NCBI RefSeq assembly: GCF_001194135.2
Contig: NC_068984.1
Location: forward strand, 32,828,055-32,892,054
From: Octopus bimaculoides
Lineage: Eukaryota
Length of the DNA stretch: 64,000 nt
Reading direction: 5' to 3'
The notes below the pieces were generated by a model. The model saw nothing but the letters and a program-made list of their open reading frames with translations. It searched no databases and was not told the DNA's origin. A program made the position numbers and the translations under genes. Shown in pieces: positions 12,900-26,035 of this stretch; the first letter of the stretch is position 1, and every line of letters begins with the position of its first letter.

Positions 12900-13582
12900 A
12901 CTGCTCCATATTTATTTAAAATTCCAAGTCTTCCACCTAAACAGCGATTAAAAGTTTTAACCAATTTACCATATCTATACCCTAATTTTATTAAATGTTT
13001 TAACAGTTTATTCATTTTATACAAAAACTTATTAACATTATTAATAATAGTACTATATCCGACTGTTTGCCCTACAAAAACACCATAACCAATAAAAGAG
13101 GGAATTCTGCTACTGAACTATGGCACTGAAGCAACTTGGAAACCAAAATCTTCTGTTTTATTATAAATGCCAGCATATATTTCATTATTATCCTTAAGTA
13201 CTAAATAATTAATATTCCTTGTATTGTTACCATTTCTGATGGCTATAACATCATTAGGGTGTATTCTTCTATATAAAATTTAAAAGAAACCATAGTAAGT
13301 TATAAATATATCATCTATGTATCTGCAGCATCCATTAAGTTGATTAAATAAACCAATCTTTTTCCTCACATAGGTCTTTAAGAAAAAGGAACTCGCATGA
13401 AGAAAGATAAAGTCTGCCAACAGAGGCCTACAATTGCCACCGAATGGAATTCCCCCAACCTGCATAAGCACCCCGCCCGCAAACATAACAAACGAATTAT
13501 TAATAATAAAACTAATAATTTCTTTCATCTTTCTTTCACGTATATTCCTTATAACAACAATTAGACAAGAAACGTTTACCAT
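12900..13582 (-). pseudogene. Penelope-like reverse transcriptase remnant (Naiad/Chlamys-like)
   Basis: FIINNSFVMF..QVGGIPFGGNCRPLLAD..RYIDDI; the same frame continues past a stop as YNKTEDFGFQV..P*FSSRIPSFIGYGVFVGQ..Y. In-frame stops present. Confidence 0.8.
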
Positions 13583-14489
13583 TCTTTAAAGATATACATT
13601 TATATCCATGTGCATGTGTGTGTGCGCGTGTGTGTACACACACACGCGCAAGCACACACATACATATGAGTTTCTAAATGACTGGCGTTTTCATATGGAA
13701 AAACGTATTTAACGTGCAACATGAACTGCGAATATTTTGCACAAGCTTCTCGATAACGTCCCTGAAATCTGCAAGCTCAGTGATTACCATCTGCATTATT
13801 GCGTTGGTTAATGTTATACGTCAGTATAGTCTGAAGGAATTTAATAAACCTTATATATCATATTTGCAATAGAACAAAGTTGTTAATTTGCAACGTTCAT
13901 TCAGTTTTCAAGTATGATAGTGGTCACGTGTTCAAAAAGACTGTTGCTGATTGTTGATGCTATTTAATGTTTCAAAATATCGAAATCATGCTTTTATTCT
14001 ACAGACTCATGATCAATATATCACGAATATTGATCTCCGAACTGTGTAGATTTTACAGTTAACGTTTGGTTGCATGTGTATATGTCGCCTTTTAAATCAA
14101 TATCTTAGTGAAGAGTAGTTTTATCGTAAAAAAAATGTTTTCAAATACATTTTAACATGTAGTTTAATGTCATAGTATCCTTCAGCTATTATTGCAAAAT
14201 AACTTTCCTTTGCTTCAAAACATAAACACTACTGATGCATATTAGGCACCCGTTTCGATTATCTCTTAATATTCGATGTAATTTTTTTATGTTGATAAAA
14301 TTCATCTCCCGCATATTTTAAATGGTTTATTTAGAGGAGAGATGACAACGCCTATGGTTCTTTACAGAGCCTTCAGCACTTGTGTCATGATAGTGTGAGC
14401 AACTTAATTTGTTTTTTTTTTTTTTTTGTGTGTGAAGGTGCGTATAATAACATAGGTACTATCACAACGGCAATGTAAATGTCACATGT

Positions 14490-14730
14490 CAATAATATGG
14501 TTAAATCTCACAGCGCTGATTTTGGAAAAACATTTCCCATTACTACATTGAAATTGTGTAGAAATTTGAGTGGAAGCCTGTGTAGGATGGCTTGTTATAG
14601 TAATCTAAACCCGCTTTCTCTAATAGTGGGAGGTTGATTGAACCCTAGCATTACTTTAAATTGAAATGGATCCTGCTTTTGGCGCACATATCTGCTTACC
14701 CTAAAATGCAATTAGAAGGGCATTCCGTTA
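14490..14730 (-). pseudogene. Highly decayed PLE RT fragment (second lineage)
   Basis: Translates RIHFNLK*C*GSINLPLLEKAGLDYYNKPSYTGFHSNF, matching the PLE pattern I.F..E....LPFLD...Y.KPT.TG...NF. Faint similarity may extend over 13890-15420. Confidence 0.4.
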
Positions 14731-15789
14731 ATCAAACAATTGGAATAGTCTTCATTGGATTCAACAAGCAGGCAATATACTTTTATCTATGTGTGATCAC
14801 AGCAATAAACTTACTTAAACACTTTTGGTCTTGTAGGATAAAGGATCTCTATATCCAGTAGATGTAGTTTTACTTAAGTAATTCAAATAGTATGGTGGCT
14901 TAAAGGGATATGGAAATAGTTATATACTTTCTGTAGGAATATGTATTTGTTCCACGATTTATGTTGACAGTAATTGCTGTATTATGATATGTGAACGGGG
15001 TATGTTTAATGATAAGTGCTAAGTATTGTATCTTTAATAATGTATTTATTTTCTTGTGTAAAGTGACACATGTTTAACGACGTATCTTTTATGATATATG
15101 TTACAAGATGCATAATTCAATGATGCATTCTATTTGATGCAAATTTTTTTCGGTGATAAACGGCGGCTGAAAGACGGTAGTAAGTTCTGCAACTAAAACA
15201 TAGAGAAATCAGTTCACGTATGTCAGGGAAATATTTTAAGGAAATCAATAAGCCACAACTGTTCTCATATACGTGTCGGCAATCTTCTATTACATTTTAG
15301 ATTTCAATAAAGCACTGTGTGTTATAGCTCAATTCCTGATATTATGGAGGCGTTGAGTAGCTAATCTTTCTAAAACCATCTGAATTTCGCTAGTTGTACA
15401 AGCTTTAGATATCTGTCCTAAAAAGGATTTATTGTTTCGGCTGAAGTGATCTCGTCTCTGTAATGGTGACACCATCGTTAACATCGCAGTTAGAATTCAT
15501 ATCAGGAAAAATGTATTAACGTCCTTTCGAAAACACTAGAAATGTTTATCATCAATGTCAGAAGGAAAAGACGTTGAATACGAGGGTCATGTGTAGAAAT
15601 GATATCTGGATTATTCATGTCAAAACCCAATCAGGAATTCTCCCACAGACACACATAGACACGTATAGACATAAACCTTCTCATTTTATATCTTTCTTAC
15701 ACATCATCAAAACAATAAACACGCAAAATCGAGCAGAATACAAATAAGTGTATATTGTCACACATTGGTACAAGCATTCGTATATAGGA

Positions 15790-15792
<3 letters not shown>

Positions 15793-15866
<74 letters not shown>

Positions 15867-15975
15867 GACACACACACATACACACACACATACACACACA
15901 CACTCTCTCTCTTTCACTCTCTCTCGCTTTTTCTCTCTCTATCTTACTCTCTCTCTCTTTCTCTCTCTCTCTCAC
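15793..15975. repeat. (CA)n/(CT)n microsatellite
   Basis: Read directly. Confidence 0.95.
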
Positions 15976-16419
15976 TGTTACATATTAATACAACCATACA
16001 TCATTGCACACACGTTACACTTTCATACGCCTCTTCACACAGCTCACACAACATGAAGTAAATCATTTAAAAGATACACTTAATACACATCGTACACAAG
16101 CATATTTAAACGTATTCACTGAAACACACAAATTTGCGCATGCGAAATCATTATAAAATGTTGTGCGCATACATATACACACATACATTCACGGAAACAC
16201 AAGGCATACCGCAGAAAATACATACAATCACGCGCATATCAGCTAACAACAAAAGTTTCGATAAATATTCTTAAAGTCTCAAACGATTTAAATAAGATTA
16301 ATGTAGATTGGAAAAGAAGGGCGGGAAGACTGAAAAACATTCAAATATATAGCCAAATTGATCAACGCACATTCAGATAAAATGCTATGTAAGTAAGAAT
16401 GTACACACGTGTAAATACA

Positions 16420-16560
16420 TACATACATACATACATATATACATACATACATGCATACATACATACGTACTTACGTACATAATGCATACATACATACATA
16501 CATACATGCATACATACATAAGGCATACATACATACATGCTTACATTGTATATATATATA
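16420..16560. repeat. (CATA)n microsatellite
   Basis: Read directly. Confidence 0.9.
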
Positions 16561-17896
16561 CATATACTCTGGAGTAACATCACGCTTGACATACTTAGAT
16601 ATTGATACATTTAGGTTTGAATTGCTTCAAATTATTTCAAATGAATTTCAAAAGAAATTATTGAAATATCATTTATCCAAAAGAAATTAATACTAAGACG
16701 CCTTTAATAAATTGACCTTAACTCTTCTTGATAAAGAATCTCCCGCCTTCCGTCATAATTTTAATAAAGCGTATCCTTAAATCTTTAAGAGTATTAACTT
16801 TTAATCATTGTCTTATGCTGACCACTGGTACGTTAATATTTATCTGTGATGTTAAGATATTAATTCTTAAGGATCATTTGCACAGCACTGAACAATATTG
16901 GTTTTGTAGGGAAAGAAGATACACAAAGAAAATATTTTTCTTTCATGTAATCATAATCACAGAAAATGCAGTATTCAGTACGTGAAGCATAGCACACACA
17001 TATGCAGATTCAGAGTGAAACAGAATAGGCTTTCGAAATTAATGATGGAATGTTATGGTATATAAGTTTGTACTAAAGTGTTTCAGGTCGTAAATCTACT
17101 AATGTTGACTTGGCTTTTCATCAAACTGTCTGCGTTTAATTAAAAGAGAAGAAACAAACTAATTAATGCGGTAGATCTAATTCACTGTTCTACTCAAAAC
17201 TACAACTTGGTCTTTGAGTGATTATAGCGAGGCATAATCCAAAGCAAGTATTTACGTTCGACAACCGATTTAAGGTAATTTCTGTTCTGCCTCCCACTAG
17301 ACTCGGACGCTTTGAAGAAGTTTATGAACGGTGACCTCACTTTTCCAACAAATTCATAAAACGTATGACTGAGTTCAATCTTGACCCAATGTTGAAGGCC
17401 TCTGCATGGTTATAGTGTTATTTATGATAGCCACATCTACACACTTTTAATATCTTAAAAAGATAAAGATATACTCGATGATATAGTTACAAGACGTGCT
17501 TTGAAATAAAATTTGATGGGCACTACACGAAATCATTTGTTCATAGGCATTCTCAATGTCGATAAGCATCTTGCACTTCCGAAATTTACTCCAAACTTTT
17601 TACTTATTACCCTTGCACTTAGGACTGAACACATACGCTAAATGTAGCCTTCAATGCAAGTGAGTAAAGGAAGAAAATTCAAGTAATATATCAAACTAAA
17701 AATAATTTCTTGTCTTCTTATCTCAGTGCAATATTGTATACACATAGACGTGGCAATTGTGTTTTTCATATCCATATTGCCATTGCTGCAAAACTAACCA
17801 AATTATAATACATGCTGCCATAAATATTTTTTAAATTCATATTAAAATTGCTATAATTATTCATATCGACTGTATCATTACACATATGTTTTACTG

Positions 17897-17943
<47 letters not shown>

Positions 17944-17999
17944 NNNNNNNNNNNNNNNNNNNNNNNNNNNNNNNNNNNNNNNNNNNNNNNNNNNNNNNN

Positions 18000-18033
<34 letters not shown>

Positions 18034-18397
18034 CCAGAAAAACACACGTACATAATACATTCTTACTTACACACACGTATATAATGTGTATGTTACAGAT
18101 TTGGTGACAACGAGTAATAACCTTATAGAAGACAGAGATAACCGATAAATTACTGACTAATCCTGAAACATGCATCTCATTTGAAAATAACACCAATTTG
18201 TAGCAGATAAAATCATATGCGAGAACAGAGTTATTAAGTTCAAATGTATTAAGAACGTTAATCCTATAATCCCAGATAAGATACCAAACAATTCTGCAAT
18301 TAATTTGACATATATAGACAAACAGAAAGAAAGGAATCACACAAAACATGTGGAGTGGCTATTTCTTCTTCATTTCAAAATTTGTTTTGATCAAGAT

Positions 18398-18610
18398 GAT
18401 GAATTGGCAAGAAGAATTAGCATGCTGGGCAAGATATTTAGCGGCATTACGTTTGACTTTTCGTTCACAGTTCAAATTCCGCCGAGGTTGACTTTGGCTT
18501 TCATCCTTTCGAGGTCGATAAAATAGATACCATTTGAGCACTGGAATCAACGTAACTCATTTACTCTTGCCATAAACGTGCTGAGCTTGTGTCAAAGATT
18601 TGAAACCAGT
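18398..18610 (+). mobile_element. SINE family A copy
   Basis: GTTCAAATTCCGCCGAGGTTGACTTTGGCTTTCATCCTTTCGAGGTCGATAAAATAG core. Confidence 0.85.
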
Positions 18611-18784
18611 ATTTATGTATTGATCATCTATTCATTCCCGCTAGCCTCCATCTCTCTTTCTGTCTTTCCATCTCTTTCCGTACACACACACACACACACA
18701 TACACACACGCACACATACACACACACACATACACACACACACACATACACCCACACATATACACACACACACACACACTCATA

Positions 18785-20045
18785 CCAGGGAGTACCCAGA
18801 AGAAACCGGAAATTTAGAATACTTTATTCATTTCGTTTTACAAGATTACGCTTTTATCGCCTTCAAAGAATTCTCCATTTGAAGTAATGCATCGGTCCAT
18901 AAGCATTTTCTATTGTTCGAAGCCGTTCTAGAAGTCTTGTGAAGTTATGCCTTTTAACGCCTATTTTTCCTTCATCTCTTCCACATCTGCTAAACGTTTT
19001 CCTCCAAGGAGCAAGATCGGTTGAATAGGGAGGGTGGGTAAACGAGATCGTGCCATTTTTGGTCAAAATTCTCTCACACACAAGGTGGTATATGAAGGTA
19101 CATTGTCGTGAAGAAACCATCCCTCTATACTTTGCTGCTAGTCGGTGGGTTTTCGTCTCGCCTTGTCTCGCAAACGCTTCAAAACCGCCAGGGGAAATGT
19201 TTGGTTAACAGTTTGACCAGGAGGAACAAATTTTGTGTGGACAATACCTTTCACATCGATGAAACAAATCAGCATCGACTTGACATTGGACTTCACTTGA
19301 CGCAATTTTGTTGGGGTGTGGTGACACTGAATACTTCCAGTGACTTAATTACTGTTTCGTTTCCGGGTTGCGACCGGAGCACCAGATTATCTCACCAGTG
19401 ATAACCTTCGAAAAAAGGTCCGGATCAACTTCCAACTGTTCTTTCAGTTCATGACACACAATCAGTCGTGACTACGTTTGATCTTACATGAGCAACTGAG
19501 GCACAAATTTTGCTGCAACTCTTTCCATTTGCGATTTGTCGCTCAAAATTCGTTGACAGGAGCTCCTGGACACACTAATCATAAAAACAAGTTCGTCAAT
19601 TTTTAGGCGATGGCCCCCCCAAGATCTGTTCATGTATTTTCATGTTGTTTTCATTCGTCGTGGACGTCATCATTCGCTCAGAACGAGGTTGGTCTTCAAG
19701 CAATAAGCGACCATTCCTAAAGGGTGAAGACTACTTGTAAACTTGTGTTTTGCTCATGGCAGCGTCCAAGTAGGCTTTTTGAAGTATGAGAACTGTTTAA
19801 GCCGCCGTTTTCCCCAGCAGCAGAAAACAGAATGTCTTTTTGTTTCAGACATTGTAAATTCGACTAACAAGGAAGAAGCACTGCAAAACAAACACGCACC
19901 ACGCGGCGGTACGACGACAGAAGAGGAAGTCGGTCGGCAGACTGATGCATGAAGGTCGCATCAAGTAGCCTCTAGCAGCGAAAGCTTGAACTACCATGGG
20001 TTGTCCAACAGAGAACGCTTCGGTTTACTTTTGGGTATCTCCTCG
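18785..20045 (-). mobile_element. Full-length mariner (Tc1/mariner) transposon, transposase inactivated
   Basis: TA-flanked imperfect TIRs (CCAGGGAGTACCCAGAAGAAACCGG / reverse complement CGAGGAGATACCCAAAAGTAAACCG), length 1.26 kb. Minus-strand motifs RVAAKFVPQLL, KVITGE, LHDN and HPPYSTDLAP, with stops and frameshifts. Confidence 0.92.
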
Positions 20046-20065
20046 TATGTATGCATGTATGTGTG

Positions 20066-20114
<49 letters not shown>

Positions 20115-20279
20115 GTGTGTGTGTGAGTGTGTGAGTGTGTGTGTGTGCGTGTGTATGTGTGTATGCGTACATTCGTTTTATCTTTATTTCTGAATAACTT
20201 GTATGTAATGTGTATATTTGAATCAAAAGAAATATCAAAATGATATTGTATGTACGGTTGTGTGTGGGTNNNNNNNNNN

Positions 20280-20311
<32 letters not shown>

Positions 20312-21304
20312 GCATAAATATGGTTGTATATTGATGTGTATATATATGTGTATATGTTGATGCGTGTGTGTGTGTGTGTTTGTGTGTGTGTAAGTACGCA
20401 TTTACTCACACGTACACACACTTTATCACAAATGAAGATAAGACGATATTAGTATCACATATATTGTCCAGTTATGATCATTTCATTAACAGCTGGGATA
20501 GTGAAATAATTCAATATACTGGAACATATATAAACAATGATTACGTTAGTTCATAAGTTATTGAAGGAAAATCCAATCATGTCATTTCATCATAAGTTTC
20601 AAACATAATTCCCTTGCACATGTACACACGGTCATAAATACAATCACTGAGAGGGGATTACGATGTGTTAGCGAGAGAATAGCTAAATTGAGAAATCAAG
20701 AGGGTGCTGTGAAGTTAGGGAAATAAAGCGGTAGAAAAGCGTACATGCAAATAGATAAAATTGATTATGGCACAAATGTCACTAGTAGAAGTAAGACAAA
20801 TGATGGATAACGCAATAAGCAGTCTAAGCAGAGATGAATGTCTTCAAATCTGGATAGCAACAAACGCTAACGTATCCATAAAGAGGCTTTAATTAGCGAG
20901 AATGGGTAACTCTTGGGAAACATGCGAGCAACAAGGATGAGATATTAGAAGAAATAAGAAAAGATAGGGCAAGAGAGAGAAGGAGTTTCCACCCAAAATA
21001 TAAGAGGACTACGAAGAATATGACGATGCAAAAATAGAAAGCGAGGAAGTGAAATAAAAAGGTCAGGTTAACCTCTCATGAAATTTAATAGAATACTAAG
21101 CCAAATTTATTGTTAAAATATGATAGTAAAATAGTATGATTTATAATATGATATCAAAACAATAATGAAACAAAATTAGTACTATATGTCGAGTCAGTAT
21201 ACGGTTATACAATTAAGTGAAAACATCAAGTGAAAATCTGCAAGATTCATTGAGGTACCAGATAATAAAAGGATGATTAATATTCTAGAAAGCATCAAGG
21301 CTAC

Positions 21305-21395
21305 CAGCTGGCAGAATAAAATAAGTTGAGCACTGGGGTCATGTCATCAATTTACCCCGTCCTTCGAAGTTACTGGCCTTCATATTGCCTACGTG
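21305..21395 (+). mobile_element. SINE family A 3' fragment
   Basis: AAGTTGAGCACTGGGGTC...TTACCCCGTCC...CTGGCCTT, similar to the family tail. Confidence 0.6.
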
Positions 21396-21619
21396 TCCAT
21401 TTTTATGAAATATAAAGTTGTTTAACATTAGTACTACAAGACACACTAGGCGGTATTACAACGTACATAGAACTCCGGGGAATGTTAGAGGAAAAAGAAA
21501 TGTTATAACCTACGTCATGTGAGTTGAGGAAAATTGTGGAGCTAGGTACAAAAGTTCATTGTCTCTACTCCAGTGAATACAGTGAACTGTTCAACAACGT
21601 ACTGTTGGAAAATTCCTCT

Positions 21620-22400
21620 CTTCTATTTTGAATTGGACTGTGCAAGCTTGATTGTAGTTAGTCAGAAATTGAAATGTCAATTTATCGACATGCTACACAT
21701 CAGATGACCAAATTCTATTGTTTGGATTTCGCACCCTACAGTATCAAGGCGCCTACCTGCACATCTTCCTTATTTCATTTCGTAGCAGTTGTCGGCTCCA
21801 ATATCGTCACTCACGCATTGTTTGCTATGCCTTTTTTTATTCGATTGACTGACATTTTCACAACCCTGTTTTTCTTATAGTTTCTTTACAAAAGCTAAGA
21901 GATGTTCATTGAATTATGCCTCTTTAGAAAGGCACCTCACTGTTTGTTAAAGATTGTTCCATCAACTCTAGGCTTGTACTTCAAATATTCTTGTGCCTGG
22001 GACGTTACATTGAATTCCCAGTATCTGCATCCTTTTCTAATGGTCACGCCTAAGCAAGAGCCCACATATTGGTCAAAACCTTGGAATCTGCGCTTAGCAG
22101 AAATTATTACTGTTGTCCCGTTCGTGTCTATTCTTAGCAGCACCACAGCTCATCGGGTCAAAGAACTGGGTATTCTTCCATTCTTCTGCCAATCGCAGTA
22201 AACGTTGATGTAGTGGTCGCTAAGCAAGTCTAGCACAAAGTTGTAAAGCATGCGAATCTATCCAAATCTGAAGATATGCTTCGCGTGCCGCTAACCACCA
22301 TTACCCGTATTCCAGGTGCTGTTACCGGTTCTTCGTAATACTCCACATCCGTTAATGTGATTTTCAGTCGTCAACGTAGGAAGATTTGGATATATTCAAC
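21620..22400 (-). pseudogene. Tx1/L1-type non-LTR retrotransposon RT fragment
   Basis: VYCDWQKNGRIPSSLTR*AVVLLR, then after a frameshift LLSADSKVLTNM, matching the W...G.IP.S..G...LL.K....RPITLLN.D.KIL pattern. Confidence 0.7.
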
Positions 22401-22439
22401 AAAACTTACATTGGAATGATAGGGAACAATTTTAAAGAT

Positions 22440-23260
22440 ATATAAGTGCAGCATTTAGTTTCTTTCAGAAATGAAAATAAAAGACATGCAACATCGTTAT
22501 CCAATACGGAATGGACACTTAAAGAAAGAGATGTGAGCAACTTCCATAAAAACTGGAGCATTGTATCTGAGGCCAGAAAATACAGGGGACTGGATTAGTC
22601 ACATTGATAGTGTGTGCCGGAGCATTTTCATGGTGTAGGAATGTGCGTTTTTGATTAGCCAATGCTGGGTAGCTGCTTTCAAGACATCAAATACTCGCTG
22701 CTGGTTTCGAAAAATCATGTTTAGCGTCCATTGCCAGACCATCTGAGACTCTCAAAATGCAACACCCCCTCGAAATTCCACCAAACACACAACATGTCCT
22801 TACGCTCAAGTCACCGTTAGTTGACAATAGATTCTGAACCATGGTCGTTAACGAGGCCACTGAAATCTCTTATTAGGATTACAAAGAGGGAATACAATTT
22901 CTTCCCAAGTTACTATCCAACGCCAAAAAAACTGGCATCTCGCGGATTTGTTAGCATTTGTTTGCAAATCTTCACACGGCATTGAGCCTGGTCATTGATT
23001 ATTTCATGAGGAGCTTCTCGATAGCGTCTATTCACCAGACCGAGCTTATGGAGGTTTCGATTGATGGTCTTTGTGACTGATCAAATTCTACCGACAATGT
23101 ACGAGTGCTTGCGCTTGGCATTTCAAGCCAGGCTCTATCTCTCACAACAGAAGGTCTCTCTGATATTAATCTGTTTTCGAGGCTGGTGCCATCTTTCTTG
23201 AAACGACTGAATAAGTTTTGTGTCACAGTTAGTTGATAGTTCCAGTTGTTGCTGTTTCTT
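22440..23260 (-). pseudogene. Mariner transposase remnant (second family)
   Basis: RFKKDGTSLE...RPSVV; EAPHE.INDQAQCRVKICKQML; KDMLCVWWNFEGVLHFE; FLHHENAPAH. TIRs not clearly preserved. Confidence 0.85.
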
Positions 23261-24419
23261 TCTTGTTAGTGTTGTGACAATGACATTGGTAACTGTAGGA
23301 AATACAGTTTACCCTCTCTTGCTGTAAACTGAAAGCACTTAGTTAGTTTTTGCCACTGCATGCGCGAAACATAGTCGTTTCATACTTCACCGTCACAAAT
23401 AGTTATAAGCCACCCAGCAGGTTGATACGTTTGTAATCTCTTCTAAAGTTTCTTGATTGGTTTCATCATACTGCCAGGCCAATTTTAGTTCCGCGGGCTA
23501 CGTTCATTTTTATTTCGATATCTTGCAAATAAGCCCCAACCAGTCTGCAGATGCGTGTTTCTGGTGGTGCACCAACCACTCTCAGGCCCAAGTAGAGCGG
23601 TATGGGGATCAGTTTGCCACTCTTTAAAAGTGTTATAGAATGTCTTCTGGCTAAACCCACGATGGGAAATATCAGCCCTTCCTTGCAAAAGTGTTCCCTG
23701 GGACGACGCTTTTTCTTCCATTATTGATTAAATGACCGACATTTGAATTACATTAACGAAACTGTCGTTTGGATTATATTAACGAAAGCATCAATTGCTG
23801 ACGTACCAACTGCGGTGTTGATGTTATTCATATTGCTAACGAAAATATTGGTGGCTTGGCTGTTTGTGGTGGGAGCCGTGTTCGTAGTATTGGCAAAGTG
23901 TGTAATTTTTCCTTCATGCTCTTTATCAGTGTTGTTGTAATTCCATTTTTTTTGTTGCCGCCTCTGCTCTTCTTTACTTTTCTTGTCGTAGTTGCTTGTA
24001 TTATTTCTGCAGTCGTGGTTGTGGCTGCCATAACGACAGTGGTGTTGTCGTAGTCCATTTTTCCTTTCCTGTTGCTATTGTTTTTATGATTGTCCATGTT
24101 ATTTTTGTCATATGTATGTTGGTGACATCGGTTTGACTCAAGATGAGGAATTCAGCGTCAAAACAGCTGTTCCCAACAGTATTTACTTTCTTACGTTATC
24201 TGAGTGAATATTTCCATATCATGTAGTTCTTTTTTTAAGTAGTTGTAGAGAGCGATGAACCTATTTTGCTGGCGTAAACGAAACAGAACTGAAGAGTTTC
24301 TATTGATCCTGGCCAGTTTAACAACAGCACACGGCAGACGTTTTGAGACTGACGTTTAGAACATATGAAAGGAAAAAGAGAACTTACGATTAATTTGAAG
24401 GTGCGTCTTGCCAATACAT

Positions 24420-24491
24420 AGCTAATAACAGCAGCAACAGCAGCAGCAGTGACATAAACAGCAGTAATAACAGGAAGATTGTTTTTGTTGT

Positions 24492-24549
<58 letters not shown>

Positions 24550-24979
24550 GGTGGTGGTGGTGGTTTTGGCGGTGGTGGCTTTGTTGGTGGCGGCGGCAGC
24601 GGCAGAAGCAGCAGTAGTAGCAGAAGAAGAAGAAGAAGAAGAAGAAGAAGAAGAAGAAGAAGAAGAATAAGGAATAGAAAAAGGAAAAGACGAAGAAGAA
24701 AGANNNNNNNNNNNNNNNNNNNNNNNNNNNNNNNNNNNNNNNNNNNNNNNNNNNNNNNNNNNNNNNNNNNNNNNNNNNNNNNNNNNNNNNNNNNNNNNNN
24801 NNNNNNNNNNNNNNNNNNNNNNNNNNNNNNNNNNNNNNNNNNNNNNNNNNNNNNNNNNNNNNAAAGAAGAAGAAAAAGAAGAAGAAGAAGAAGAAGAAGA
24901 AGAAGGAAAAGAATAAGGAAAAGACGAAGAAGAAAGAAAAGAAGAAGAAGAAGAAGAAGAAGAAGGAAGAGAAGAAGAA

Positions 24980-25026
<47 letters not shown>

Positions 25027-25085
25027 AGAAGAAGAAGAAGAAGAAGGAGAAGAAGAAGAAGAAACAATGATAATAATAACAACAA
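24420..25085. repeat. Compound trinucleotide array (CAG/AGT/GGT/AAG)n, with gap 24704-24862
   Basis: Read directly. The homopolymeric ORFs here are artefacts. Confidence 0.95.
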
Positions 25086-25119
25086 GAATTTGTAACAATC
25101 AAAGGTCATAGAGTCATAA

Positions 25120-25235
25120 GTGCCGGGTTTAGTCGATATAATATAGTGTAATGCCAGATCGCTTATTATTTTATCGAGCCCAGAAGGATAAAAAGGCAAA
25201 GACGAAAGGTCTTAGATCTGAGAATCAGAACGTAA
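25120..25235 (-). mobile_element. SINE family A degraded copy
   Basis: TTTTATCGAGCCCAGAAGGATAAAAAGGCAAAG is the reverse complement of the core. Confidence 0.6.
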
Positions 25236-25387
25236 GATAGAAAGGAGACGAGACAGTTGAATATATATACAGGACAATTTGCAAGATTTCCCACAACATC
25301 ATTCACCGCTAACAATAACATCCAAATGGTATTTATGTGTATCCGTCTCCACCACAATACCTCTTGTACTACAAAAGTAGCTCCTGC

Positions 25388-25422
25388 TCTCACCACTACC
25401 ACCACTGCCGCCGCCGCTGCTG

Positions 25423-25457
<35 letters not shown>

Positions 25458-25665
25458 GTGGTGCTGCTGCTGCCCTTACTACTACTACTACTACTACTAC
25501 TAAGACTACGACTACTGCTGCCTTAACTACTGCTACTACTACTACTACTACCACTACTACTACTACTGCTGCTGCTGCTTTTACTACTACTACTACTACT
25601 ACTACTACAACTACTACTACTACTACTACTACTACTACCACTACTACTACTACTGCTGCTGCTTT
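25388..25665. repeat. Compound (CAC/GCC/ACT/GCT)n trinucleotide array
   Basis: Read directly. Confidence 0.95.
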
Positions 25666-25936
25666 CGAGGAGACATCACCACTAAACAAAAGTCAACTAC
25701 AACAACGCCAACCAACAGATAACATGACAACTACCACCGATCTCTCAGCACAAAGGAAAACATCAGGAACAAAAAAAAGCCATATTTGTTTGTTTCTTTA
25801 CGTATTTGCATTTTTTCATCCAAACTATATACATATATACATACATACATACCTCTACACACACACATATATATTTATATATATGTGTATATATATATAT
25901 AGATCTATATCTATTAACATATATACAGACACATAT

Positions 25937-26035
<99 letters not shown>

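Noticed and set aside
23400-23730. Coding-like segment next to the mariner remnant
   Set aside because: Could not be assigned to any family in any frame.
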